From assembly GCA_049602735.1 (NCBI GenBank), contig JBMYRW010000007.1, positions 4,370 to 68,369 of the forward strand: a DNA stretch of 64,000 bases, written 5' to 3'. Both the position numbers and the translations under genes were made by a program. The notes below the pieces were generated by a model. It worked only from the letters and a program-made list of their open reading frames with translations. It did not search any database and was not told the DNA's origin. Each line of letters opens with the position of its first letter. The stretch's first letter is position 1. Positions 22,566-32,167 of this stretch are shown here, piece by piece. Source of the stretch: Thermoplasmatota archaeon (lineage in GTDB: Archaea; Thermoplasmatota; E2; JACPAO01; JAHFTW01).

Positions 22566-24668
22566 TCATGCAGCGCCTGCCTGGACCGTCTCCTGACGGA
22601 ACGCCACCGGCGTCGCACCCTGTTCGTGCAGCCACCCATCGAGCCGCTCTAGGTTGTCCACGGGGTCCTCCAGCAGGATGTGCAGGGCCCGGCCCCTTCC
22701 GGTGGCCGCCTTGACGCCGGGCGCCGCGCGGAGAGCAGCCACCAGGCCGGCCAGGGGTTTGGCGAGGGTGACGTGGATCCAATCCGCTTCGGTGTCGACA
22801 TCCGCTGGTTCTGGTTCGGCCGCCGTCGCATCATGCCCGAGGTCCTGCAGGCGGACGTAGCGGGCGTAGGCGCCGCCCTTGGCCAACAGGGCAGCGTGGC
22901 GCCCCTGTTCCACGATGCGCCCCTTCTCCAGGACGACGATCATGTCGGCGTCGCGGACGGTGGAGAGCCGGTGGGCGACGGCGACCACGGTGCGGTCGCG
23001 GCTCACACGGTCGATCGCTTCCTGCACGAGCCGCTCGGTGGCCGTGTCGAGGGCGCTGGTCGCCTCGTCGAGGATGAGCAGGTCAGGGTCGGCCAGGATG
23101 GCGCGGGCGATGGCGAGGCGCTGGGCCTGCCCGCCGGACAAACGGACGCCGCGGTCGCCGATGACCGTGTCGTAGCCGTCAGGGAGCTCCTGGATGAAGG
23201 CGTGGGCGTTGGCCTGCTTGGCCGCCTCCATCACTTGGGCGTCCGTGGCCTCCGGGTTGCCGAAGCGCAGGTTGTCCGCCACGGAGGCGTGGAAGAGGAA
23301 GGTGTCCTGGGAGACCACGGCGACGCGGCGACGCCAGTCCTTGATGCGGAAGCGTCGCAGGTCGGTGCCGTCCACGGTGACGCGCCCTTCGGTGGGGTCG
23401 AAGAGGCGGGTGAGCAGGTCGATGATCGTGGACTTGCCGGCGCCGCTGCCGCCTACCAGGGCGACCTTCTGACCCTTGTTGATGGTGAGGTCGATGCCGT
23501 CGAGGACCGCCGGTTCGTCCGCCTCGTAGTGGAACCGGATGCCCTCCAGTCGCACGGCCTGCCGGAGCCCAGGGAACGCCTGGTCGCCGTCGGCGAGGTA
23601 GCTCTTGTCCTTCCGTTCCATGAAGTGGACGATCGCTTCCAGGTACGGCAGCTCCGATTCCAGCGTGGCCCGCAGGCGGGCATAGTCGCCGCTACGGCTG
23701 AGCAGGGGAAGCAGCAGCACGCTGAAGAGACCCAGGATGACGAGCCAGTCCCCGTCGGAGCGGTCCAGCAGCAACGTGGCACCCACCAGCACCGTGGCCA
23801 CGAGGGCGTTGCTGGCGATGAGGTACAAAGCAGGCACAAGGGCGCTGATGCGGGCGCGGCGGAACTGGTCCCGCTGCATCTGCGTCAGTTCACCCATGAA
23901 CCGCGTCCGGGCCTCCTCTTCGCGGCCGAACTGATGGATGAGCTTCATGCCCTGCAGGGACTCCAGGCTGACCTGGTGGAGGCGCAGGCGGCTTTCGCGG
24001 ATGCGGTGGCTGAGCGCCCGGATGAACACCTGCAATTTGCCGAGGCTCAGGTTGACGATGATCGCCAGTCCCACGGCCAACAGGGTGAGCTGCCAGCTCG
24101 TGAGCGCCATGGTGACAAAGACCGCCAGGAAGCTCGTGGAGGTGCGTACGGCGTTGAGCAGCTCGTTGACGATGCGGGTGGAATGGCTGGGGAACGAGTG
24201 CATCAACGTGAACAGGTTCGCCTGCTTCTCCTTGTTGATGAAGCGCTGCTCCACGCCCACCACGTCATCGAAGACCATGGCGCGCAGGTCGCGGCCCACC
24301 TGGATGCGGATGAGGTGGGCGACGCGGCCGTACCCGTAGCTGACGGCGGCCTTCAGGAGCGCGATCGCGAAGAACAGGAGCGCCACCAATTGCACCCGCT
24401 CCACCACGGTGAGGCCTTCGAAGAGGGGCAGCAACGCGGCGATGGGGGTGTCCTGCGCGAGGCTGCCGTCGCTGCCGCGCAACGTGGCCAAGAGCGGCAC
24501 GAACACCATGAAGTTGGCCACCTCGAGGGCGGTCAACAGGAGGATCAACGCGAAGGCGGCCGCCAAGAGTAGAGGGTGGCGCAGCACCACCCGCATCAGG
24601 AAACCAAGGCTCTGGCGACGGGGCAGCGGCTGATCGGTTCCCATGTGTTCTTCGCGGACCTTCTTCAT
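22566..24668 (-). CDS. ABC exporter (fused TMD-NBD, MsbA-like) with ~90-aa C-terminal extra domain
   Basis: Six-TM ABC membrane domain, Walker A GGSGAGKST, signature LSGGQAQR and Walker B LLILDEATSALD. An extra C-terminal WIHVTLAKPLAGLVAALRAAPGVKAATGRGRALHILLEDPVDNLERLDGWLHEQGATPVAFRQ follows. The start is uncertain (ATG 24668 or 24644; the track start at 24722 overlaps the gcvT upstream region). Confidence 0.85.
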   Translation of the reverse strand: MKKVREEHMGTDQPLPRRQSLGFLMRVVLRHPLLLAAAFALILLLTALEVANFMVFVPLLATLRGSDGSLAQDTPIAALLPLFEGLTVVERVQLVALLFFAIALLKAAVSYGYGRVAHLIRIQVGRDLRAMVFDDVVGVEQRFINKEKQANLFTLMHSFPSHSTRIVNELLNAVRTSTSFLAVFVTMALTSWQLTLLAVGLAIIVNLSLGKLQVFIRALSHRIRESRLRLHQVSLESLQGMKLIHQFGREEEARTRFMGELTQMQRDQFRRARISALVPALYLIASNALVATVLVGATLLLDRSDGDWLVILGLFSVLLLPLLSRSGDYARLRATLESELPYLEAIVHFMERKDKSYLADGDQAFPGLRQAVRLEGIRFHYEADEPAVLDGIDLTINKGQKVALVGGSGAGKSTIIDLLTRLFDPTEGRVTVDGTDLRRFRIKDWRRRVAVVSQDTFLFHASVADNLRFGNPEATDAQVMEAAKQANAHAFIQELPDGYDTVIGDRGVRLSGGQAQRLAIARAILADPDLLILDEATSALDTATERLVQEAIDRVSRDRTVVAVAHRLSTVRDADMIVVLEKGRIVEQGRHAALLAKGGAYARYVRLQDLGHDATAAEPEPADVDTEADWIHVTLAKPLAGLVAALRAAPGVKAATGRGRALHILLEDPVDNLERLDGWLHEQGATPVAFRQETVQAGAA

Positions 24669-24798
24669 GTCGCCGACGGGCGTACGGGGTGCCGTTGATA
24701 GGTGTTGGCGGGGCGGTACCATCGAGGACGGTACACCGCGCCCGACCGGCCTCGCCGGTCGCCCTAGCCTTGAAAGCCGCCGCCGCGTCCGCCGCCGC

Positions 24799-25875
24799 GT
24801 GACCCTCCGGACCGCCCTCTACGAAGCCCACCAGGAGCTCGGCGCCACCTTCACGCCGTTCGCCGGCTACGACATGCCGGTCCATTACGGCTCCATCAAG
24901 GAGGAGCACCACGCGGTCCGACAGCACGCCGGCCTCTTCGACGTGAGCCACATGAGCAACCTCCTCCTGTCCGGGCCCGGCGCTGCGGCGGCCCTGTCGG
25001 CCGTCTGCCCGTTCGACGCGGCGGCCCTCGAGGTCGGACGTGGCAAGTACACGGTCGTCCTGCGTGACGACGGCACCATCCTCGACGATGCCTTCTGCTT
25101 CCGCACGGGGGAGGAGAGCTTCGAGTTCATCCCCAACGCCGGCATGAACGAAGCCGTCGCAGACCACCTGACACGCCACGCGCCTCGGGGCGCCGGCATG
25201 TTCCTGCTCGACGATGCCAGCGAGCACCGTGCCATCCTGGCGTTCCAAGGCCCGGCCGCCCGCGACCTGCTGGCCACCGTGATCAAGGAGGGCGAGCTGC
25301 CAAGGTTCCACCGGGCCACCACGTGCACGGTCGCCGGCCAGGAGTGCCTGGTCACCGGCACCGGCTACACGGGCGAGAAGGGCGTGGAACTCTACCTGCC
25401 CGCCACGGGCGCCCGGGCCGTCTGGGACGCGCTTGCGGGACTCGAGGGGGTACGACCGATCGGCCTAGGCGCCCGCGACACGCTGCGCCTGGAGAAGGGG
25501 TACTGCCTCGCCGGGCACGAGTTCGAAGGCGGCCGCACCCCGTTGGAGGCCGGCCTCGGGTTCGTTGTCGACTGGGACCAGGAGTTCCTGGGCAAGGCAG
25601 CCCTTCAGGCCCAACGCGCCAGCCGGGACCACGACCGCCTCGTGGCGCTCACGGTGGCCAGGGGTGTCCCCCGCCAAGGCATGGATGTCGTCCCCACAGG
25701 TGGCGGCGACCCCGTCGGCACCGTCACCAGTGGCACCATGAGCCCCAGTCTCGGCCACGGCATCGCCCTCGCCTACGTCGCCGCCGACGCCCCCGACGAG
25801 TTGGCGCTCCAGGTGCGCCAGAAGGTGGTCCCGGCCCAGCGCGCGAAGCTCCCGTTCGTCCCGTCCTCCTCCTGA
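24799..25875 (+). CDS. gcvT: Glycine cleavage system aminomethyltransferase T
   Basis: LRTALYEAHQELGATFTPFAGYDMPVHYGSIKEEHHAVRQHAGLFDVSHM. GTG start at 24799; the track extension from 24643 is not homologous-looking. Confidence 0.85.
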   Translation: MTLRTALYEAHQELGATFTPFAGYDMPVHYGSIKEEHHAVRQHAGLFDVSHMSNLLLSGPGAAAALSAVCPFDAAALEVGRGKYTVVLRDDGTILDDAFCFRTGEESFEFIPNAGMNEAVADHLTRHAPRGAGMFLLDDASEHRAILAFQGPAARDLLATVIKEGELPRFHRATTCTVAGQECLVTGTGYTGEKGVELYLPATGARAVWDALAGLEGVRPIGLGARDTLRLEKGYCLAGHEFEGGRTPLEAGLGFVVDWDQEFLGKAALQAQRASRDHDRLVALTVARGVPRQGMDVVPTGGGDPVGTVTSGTMSPSLGHGIALAYVAADAPDELALQVRQKVVPAQRAKLPFVPSSS

Positions 25876-25962
25876 TGCGGGGACTTCCCGCCCCCGTGTG
25901 AGGGGCTTGGGTCACGTGACCGAACGCCTCTAAAGCGGACGCCGGACTGGCCGACGCTACCC

Positions 25963-27300
25963 ATGCGCATCGTCGTGGGAGGTGCCGGGGAGGTGGGCTA
26001 CAACGTGGCCCGCGCCCTCTACGAAGAAGGCCACGATCTGGCCGTCATCGAGTCCGATCAGGACCGCATCGAGCGGTTGCAGGACCTCGACGTCATCGTC
26101 ATCGAAGGCAACGCCGCAAGCCGCAGCTGTCTACGCGACGCCGGCATCGAGGACGCCGAGCTCTACATCGGCTGCACCGGCGACGACGAGGTCAACATGG
26201 TAGGCTGCGCGCTCGCCAAGACCTACGGCTGCCGCACCTTGGCCCGCATCAACAGCATCGACTACCTCGACCAGCCCTACAGCGACCAGTATGCGTCCAT
26301 GGGCATCGACATGGCGGTCTGCCCCGAGCTCGTGGCCGCCATCCGCATCGGGCGCCTCTTGGCCCAGCCGAACCTGGTGGCCGCCGAGGTCTTCAGCCAC
26401 GGCAAGGTGTTCGTGGCGGAGGGCCGCGTCGCCGACGACGCCTTCGTCGTGGGCAAGAAAGTGGCCGACGTGGAACCCCCGGCCGGCTTCAACCTGGTCG
26501 CCATCTACCGTGGCGACGACATCCTTATCCCAGGCGGGAGCACCAAGTTCGAGGCGAAGGACCGCCTGCTGATGGTCCTCACCTCCATGGACGTGCTGAA
26601 GGAAGTGGAACCCTACATCGGCCAGGCGAAGGAGCTGGAGCCGGAGAAGGAGATCCGCCGCATCATGATCGGCGGCGCCACACGCGTCGGGCTCCACCTG
26701 GCCCGGTTACTGCAAGGGCGCCGCGACGTGGTCCTCGTGGAGAAGGACCCGGCCCTTTGTGAACTGGCGGGCGAGCAGCTGCACAAGGCGCTCGTCGTCC
26801 ACGGCGACGTGACGGACCGCAACCTGCTCATCCAGGAGAACGTCGACACGTTCGATGCCTTCATCGGCACGGAGAAGGCGGAGGAGTACAACGTCATGAG
26901 CTGTCTGATCGCCAAGCAGCTCGGCGTGCGCAAGACGGTGGCGCTGATCACCCAGCCGGAGCTCAAGCCCCTCGTGGAGACCCTCGGCATCGACCTCGCC
27001 GTCGCTCCCCGGCTGTCGACCGTCGGCGCGCTCCTGAAGGCGAGCCACAGCGACGCCGAGAACCTGAGCCTCCTCCACCAGGGCGAAGCGCAGGTGCTGG
27101 AGGTCCGCGTCGGCATCAACTCCCCCGTGGCGGGCAAGAAGATCAAGCGCGCCCACTTCCCTGCCAACAGCCTTGTCGGCGCCATCGTGCGCCAGGATAC
27201 GGTGCTGATCCCCCGCGGCGACGACCGCATCGAAGAGGGCGACACCCTCATCGTCTTCGCGCTCACGGAAGAGGTGAGCCGGTTGGAGCGTCTGTTCTGA
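25963..27300 (+). CDS. trkA: Trk potassium uptake protein TrkA (tandem RCK/NAD-binding)
   Basis: Two Rossmann motifs (VVGGAGEVG and MIGGATRVG), each followed by a TrkA-C domain. Confidence 0.9.
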   Translation: MRIVVGGAGEVGYNVARALYEEGHDLAVIESDQDRIERLQDLDVIVIEGNAASRSCLRDAGIEDAELYIGCTGDDEVNMVGCALAKTYGCRTLARINSIDYLDQPYSDQYASMGIDMAVCPELVAAIRIGRLLAQPNLVAAEVFSHGKVFVAEGRVADDAFVVGKKVADVEPPAGFNLVAIYRGDDILIPGGSTKFEAKDRLLMVLTSMDVLKEVEPYIGQAKELEPEKEIRRIMIGGATRVGLHLARLLQGRRDVVLVEKDPALCELAGEQLHKALVVHGDVTDRNLLIQENVDTFDAFIGTEKAEEYNVMSCLIAKQLGVRKTVALITQPELKPLVETLGIDLAVAPRLSTVGALLKASHSDAENLSLLHQGEAQVLEVRVGINSPVAGKKIKRAHFPANSLVGAIVRQDTVLIPRGDDRIEEGDTLIVFALTEEVSRLERLF

Positions 27301-28847
27301 TGCGCATCCCGGAGGTGCTTGGCCGACTGCTGCGATGGCAGGGCCTGGCCCTCCTGGCCCTGGCGGTGCTCTCCCTCTGGATCGACCGGGGCCACGCAGG
27401 CTACAGCGTCGGCGCCCTGGACGTGCCGCGCACGGTGCTCGTGCACGCCACCAGCGGCGCCTTGGCCATGGGGCTGGGTCAGTCCCTGGTGATCCTCGCG
27501 GCGGTCCGTCCTCGCCCTGGGGACCTGGACGACCGTGAAGCGGTGCTGGCCGCATCCCTGGGTTGGCTTGTGGCCGCCGCTGCCGCCACGCTGCCGTTCC
27601 TCCTCTCGGGTAGCTTCCCGAGCCTCGCCGCGGCGTGGTTCGAGGCCACCAGTGGCGTCACGGCGACAGGTGCCACCGCCTTGACCGGGCCGTTCGCTGA
27701 CCATCCGCCGTCACTACTCGTCTGGCGGGGCGTCCTCCAGATGGGGGGTGCGGTCCTCTTCATCCTGGTCACGATCACGTTCCTTGCTCGCGTGACGCAG
27801 GGGCCGCAGACCCTGCTGCCGCCGTCCGCGCGGGCCCATAGCCACCGGTTGGCGCATCGTGGCCGTGACACCGCCCGGATGGTCCTGCCCTTGATGGCGG
27901 GCCTGTTCGCCGTGCTCGCGGCGCTCGCCACGGTCGTACTGGGTCTGGGCGGCATGGGGTGGGGCGATGCGGCGCTGCACGGCGCCCTGCTGTCGGCCGG
28001 GACCGTCTCCACGGGCGGCTTCGTCGGCCTGGAAGGCAGCCTGGCCGCCTACGGTTCGCCGTGGCTGGACGCACTCCTGGTGCCGTTCATGTTGCTGGCA
28101 GGCGCCAGCGTGCTCCTGCTGCGCCCAGGGCCCGGGCGGGGCGGTGGTGGCGGTCGCGGTCGAGGCCTGGCCCGTTTTGCCGGGTTGTACAAGGACGTCG
28201 AGGCCAGACTGTACGCGGCCATCTTCGTGGCGGCCTCCCTCGTGTTGGCGGGGACCTTGTGGCGTCACGGGGAGGGTGTCGGCCTGGCGGTCGGGCACGC
28301 CGCCTTCATGGTCGCCTCCCTGCTTTCCACGACGGGTCACGCCAACGCCGAGGTCGCCTCCTGGACCGCCGGCGCACGCTTCCTCCTGTTGGGCCTGCTG
28401 TTCACCGGCGGCATGGCGGGCTCCGCTGCGGGCGGCCTGAAGCTGGTGCGCGTCGTCGTGCTGGCCCGTGTGGTGCGGCGGGAGTTGGTGCGCCTGCGCC
28501 ATCCCCGCGCCGTGGTGCCCGTGCGGCTGCGTGGTAAGCCCCTGAAGGAGCCGACGCTCATGGCCGCCGTGGCGGTGCTCTTCGCGTATCTGACTACGTG
28601 GCTCGTGGGCACCCAGGCGCTCCTGGTGGCACAGCCGGGCCTCGGCGTGGTCAATGGCGGCATCCTGGCCGCCAGCAGCCTCGGCAACGTGGGCTTCAGC
28701 TTCGGCATTCTGGACGCAGACGGAGGCTACGACCGGCTCGGCGCGGCGGGCAAGACGGTGCTGTCGCTTCTCATGTGGGCAGGGCGACTGGAGATCTTCG
28801 GCGCCCTGGCGCTCTTCACCCGGTCGGCGTGGCGGCGCGGCACGTAG
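27300..28847 (+). CDS. trkH: Trk potassium transporter membrane subunit TrkH
   Basis: Polytopic membrane protein with TrkH motifs (FEATSGVTATGAT, TGGF, NVGFS). The ATG overlaps the trkA stop. Confidence 0.85.
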   Translation: MRIPEVLGRLLRWQGLALLALAVLSLWIDRGHAGYSVGALDVPRTVLVHATSGALAMGLGQSLVILAAVRPRPGDLDDREAVLAASLGWLVAAAAATLPFLLSGSFPSLAAAWFEATSGVTATGATALTGPFADHPPSLLVWRGVLQMGGAVLFILVTITFLARVTQGPQTLLPPSARAHSHRLAHRGRDTARMVLPLMAGLFAVLAALATVVLGLGGMGWGDAALHGALLSAGTVSTGGFVGLEGSLAAYGSPWLDALLVPFMLLAGASVLLLRPGPGRGGGGGRGRGLARFAGLYKDVEARLYAAIFVAASLVLAGTLWRHGEGVGLAVGHAAFMVASLLSTTGHANAEVASWTAGARFLLLGLLFTGGMAGSAAGGLKLVRVVVLARVVRRELVRLRHPRAVVPVRLRGKPLKEPTLMAAVAVLFAYLTTWLVGTQALLVAQPGLGVVNGGILAASSLGNVGFSFGILDADGGYDRLGAAGKTVLSLLMWAGRLEIFGALALFTRSAWRRGT

Positions 28848-28900
28848 TCCAGCTTGCCGCCTGAGCGTCCTTTCAAGAGGGGCGCGGGGCTCGCGGCGCC

Positions 28901-30703
28901 GTGGCCGGCCAACAGGTGACGGACGAGCAAGCGGAAGCGGCCCGAGTCGCCCTGGCCGCCATCGCCGCAGACGTCGCCGTCGCGCTGGAAGCCGGCAAGG
29001 TCCACCACAAGGACGGCCTGCACAAGGTCAAGCAGCAGGCGGCCCGGCGCCACCGTGCGCCCCGCATGCCCAGCGACCCCGACCTGGTGCCCTTCCTGCC
29101 CGAGGCCCTGGTGGAGCGGTTCGCGCACCTGCTGCGCAAGAAGCCGACGCGCAGCCTGGCCGGCGTCGCCGTGGTCGCCGTCATGAGCAGCCCCGCCCGT
29201 TGCCCCCACGGCACCTGCATCTACTGCCCCGGTGGCCCCGACGTGGACGCGCCGCAGAGCTACACCGGCTTCGAGCCGTCCACCATGCGGGCCAAGCGGT
29301 TCGACTACGACCCGTACCGCATCGTCCAGCATCGCCTGGCGACCCTGGAGCACAACGGCCACGCCATCGACAAGGTCGACCTGGTCGTCCAGGGGGGCAC
29401 GTTCCCCAGCCGCGACGCTGCCTACCGGGACTGGTTCATCGCAGGGCTCTACGCCGCCCTCAACGATGGCCCCGCCGAGGCGCCGGACGCCGACGTGGCC
29501 ACCCCGCTGCCGCTCACGGAGGCCGCTTGGCGACTCCTGGATGACGACGCCCGCGCTGCACGGCTGCGGGCCCTCCAACAGGAGAACGAGGGTGCCCGGT
29601 GCCGCGCCATCGGACTCACCATCGAGACGAAACCGGACTGGTGCCTGGAAGCACACGTGGACGAGATGCTGCGCTACGGCGCCACCCGCGTCGAACTCGG
29701 GCTGCAATGCCTCGACGACGACACGCTGCGCTTCGTCCACCGCGGCCACACCCTGGAAGAGAGCAGGCGGGCCATGCAGATCGCTCGCGACGCCGGCCTC
29801 AAGCTCTGCGTCCACATGATGCCGGGCCTGCCCCGCGGCCGGCGGGACGCGCCCGACGGCGGCAAATGGGCCACCGACGAGGCGGAGGACATCCGGGACA
29901 TGGAGCGCCTCTTCGCCGAGGAGGACTGGCGCCCGGACCTGCTCAAGATCTACCCGACGCTGGTCGTCCAGGAGGGCGAGACGGGCCTCAAGGCGGCCTG
30001 GGCCCGCGGCGACTACGTCCCCTACGATACCGCTGCCGCCACCCGCGTCGTGGCAGCCTCGAAGCCCCTCGTGCCGGAATGGTGCCGCATCCAACGCATC
30101 GACCGGGACATCCCGACCACCCACGTGGAGGCCGGTGTGCTCAACAGCAACCTGCGCCAACTGGCCCAACTGGAGCTGCAACGCAAGGGCAAGGCGTGCC
30201 GCTGCCTGCGCTGCCGGGAAGTGGGCCACCGCCAACTCGCCGGCGGCCCCGCCGCCGACCCGGACCGGTTGGTGCTCGTCCGGCGCGACTTCGATGCCTC
30301 CGGTGGCAAGGAGGCCTTCCTCTCCTTCGAGGACCCGGAAGCCGACGCCGTCGCCGGTTACCTGCGCCTGCGGCTCGTGGGGCCCGACGCGCACCGCTCA
30401 GAGGCCCGTGCCGACGCGGGTCCCGTTGCCATCGTGCGCGAGGTGAAGGTCCCCGGCGTGGCGCAGGCCCTCGGTGCGGACGCGGAGGGCGGCGGCGAAG
30501 GGGGCTGGCAACACCGAGGCCTTGGCGCCAAACTGCTGGCGGCCGCCGAAGAGGTGGCGTTCACCGAATGGGGCGCGGCGCGCGTGCTGGTCATCGCCGG
30601 CGTAGGCGTGCGGGCGTACTACCGCAAGCACGGCTACCAGGACCTGGGTCCCTACGTCGCCAAGGACGCCCACGAGGCCGACTCGACGGGCGCACAAGCA
30701 TAG
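28901..30703 (+). CDS. elp3: Elp3-family radical SAM / GNAT tRNA modification enzyme
   Basis: Radical SAM cluster CPHGTCIYCPGG, the Elp3 central domain, and a C-terminal GNAT (WQHRGLGAKLL). Confidence 0.85.
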   Translation: MAGQQVTDEQAEAARVALAAIAADVAVALEAGKVHHKDGLHKVKQQAARRHRAPRMPSDPDLVPFLPEALVERFAHLLRKKPTRSLAGVAVVAVMSSPARCPHGTCIYCPGGPDVDAPQSYTGFEPSTMRAKRFDYDPYRIVQHRLATLEHNGHAIDKVDLVVQGGTFPSRDAAYRDWFIAGLYAALNDGPAEAPDADVATPLPLTEAAWRLLDDDARAARLRALQQENEGARCRAIGLTIETKPDWCLEAHVDEMLRYGATRVELGLQCLDDDTLRFVHRGHTLEESRRAMQIARDAGLKLCVHMMPGLPRGRRDAPDGGKWATDEAEDIRDMERLFAEEDWRPDLLKIYPTLVVQEGETGLKAAWARGDYVPYDTAAATRVVAASKPLVPEWCRIQRIDRDIPTTHVEAGVLNSNLRQLAQLELQRKGKACRCLRCREVGHRQLAGGPAADPDRLVLVRRDFDASGGKEAFLSFEDPEADAVAGYLRLRLVGPDAHRSEARADAGPVAIVREVKVPGVAQALGADAEGGGEGGWQHRGLGAKLLAAAEEVAFTEWGAARVLVIAGVGVRAYYRKHGYQDLGPYVAKDAHEADSTGAQA

Positions 30704-30737
30704 CGTCTTAGGCACCCCGTCGCTTGTCCACGGGCGC

Positions 30738-31247
30738 ATGAGCTCCAAGAGCATCTTCCACCTGGAGAAGTACCCGTTCTTCCTGTCCCGCGTCGTCGAG
30801 CTCAACAAGCTCTACAGCCCTGACAGCGACCTCCACGACCTGCTCGCCATGGACCCCGAGGCGTGGCAGGAAGCGGCCCAGGGCGTCGACCCCGACCCCA
30901 AGACCAAGATGGGTCGGGCGCTCATCGTGCGCCGCTGCCTGCACGCCCTGCATGCCAACTTCCCTTCCGGCGCCCCGGTGCATGAACAGGTCGCCTACTT
31001 GGTGCGTGGCTTTGCCGGCATGCGGCTCTTCGATGAGGCCAACTTCCGCACCGGCTGGGACTACGCCGGCGAACTCCTACAGCACAACGACCTCGCCCTG
31101 ACGGAAGCGGACCACGGCGTGCTGGGCAACGACCTCTTCGAGCGCGTCGAAGCGGCCTACGGACCCTTCATGGACAAGAAGGCGCTCCTCGACCGCGACG
31201 ACGTCTTCGACTTCCTGGCCGCCTGGTTCCAGGACCGCATCGCCTGA
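30738..31247 (+). CDS. Hypothetical protein with degenerate Fic-like motif
   Basis: RLFDEANFRTGW aligns position for position with the Fic motif HPFxEGNGRxxR, but has Arg in place of the catalytic His and Trp in place of the last Arg. Confidence 0.5.
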   Translation: MSSKSIFHLEKYPFFLSRVVELNKLYSPDSDLHDLLAMDPEAWQEAAQGVDPDPKTKMGRALIVRRCLHALHANFPSGAPVHEQVAYLVRGFAGMRLFDEANFRTGWDYAGELLQHNDLALTEADHGVLGNDLFERVEAAYGPFMDKKALLDRDDVFDFLAAWFQDRIA

Positions 31248-31325
31248 GCGCCCGGGCCTCCGTGCGCTGGGGCGCCCGCGGGCCCCTGACGCCAAACCTA
31301 TACCACCGGAGAACTCCGGACCGTC

Positions 31326-31766
31326 GTGCCCCCGACCGTGTTCGACGCCATCGTCGCCGGTGACATCCCGTGCGACAAGCTGTACGAGGACGACCGTGTC
31401 CTGGCTTTCCTGGACATCAACCCCCTGCGTGAGGGCCACGCCCTGGTCATCCCCAAGAAGGGCGCCCCCAAGATCGAGGAGCTGGACCCGGCCGACGCAG
31501 CGGCGATCATGACCGCCGCCCAGCAGATCGTCCCCCGCCTGGTGGCCGCCACGGGTGCCCAGGATGCCACCCTCGCCATCCACGACGGCCCGGCCGCCGG
31601 CCAGGAGGTCCCCCATGTCCACCTGCACATCATCCCCCGCAAGCCCGGTGACGGCGGTGGCCCCATCCACGCTCTCTTCCTGGAGGACCGGCCCGTGGTG
31701 AGCGGCGAGGAGCGCGCGGCCCTGGCGGCCAAGGTGCGAAGCGAACTGGTGGCGGAGGCGGCCTGA
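31326..31766 (+). CDS. HIT-family nucleotide hydrolase/transferase
   Basis: Histidine triad HVHLHIIPR and N-terminal VFDAIVAGDIP. GTG start. Confidence 0.85.
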   Translation: MPPTVFDAIVAGDIPCDKLYEDDRVLAFLDINPLREGHALVIPKKGAPKIEELDPADAAAIMTAAQQIVPRLVAATGAQDATLAIHDGPAAGQEVPHVHLHIIPRKPGDGGGPIHALFLEDRPVVSGEERAALAAKVRSELVAEAA

Positions 31767-32167
31767 TGGCGGTCTTCACGGTCCCCGTCGAGGTGCGCTT
31801 CAACGACATCGACGGCATGGGCCACGTCAACAACGCCCTCTACCTCACCTTCCTCGAACAGGCCCGCATGAAGTTCTTCACCGAACAGGCCGGCGCCACC
31901 AGCGAGAAGGACTTCCCGTTCATCCTCGCCCACGCGGCGCTGGACTACAAGTTCCCCATGACCATGGATGCCCAGCCGGAGGTCCGCATGTGGACCAGTC
32001 GCATCGGCGGCAAGTCCTGGGACTTCGACTACGAGATCCGCGGCGGCCGCACGGGGCGCATCTATGCCACCGGCAAGACGGTCCAGGTCGCCTACGACTA
32101 CCAGTTGGACAAGAGCGACCGGCTGGAAGGGGACCTGCGCAAGCTGGTCAAGGCCCTGGAGCCGTGA
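31766..32167 (+). CDS. 4HBT-fold acyl-CoA thioesterase (YbgC-like)
   Basis: VRFNDIDGMGHVNNALYLTFLEQAR hot-dog thioesterase signature. Confidence 0.8.
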   Translation: MAVFTVPVEVRFNDIDGMGHVNNALYLTFLEQARMKFFTEQAGATSEKDFPFILAHAALDYKFPMTMDAQPEVRMWTSRIGGKSWDFDYEIRGGRTGRIYATGKTVQVAYDYQLDKSDRLEGDLRKLVKALEP

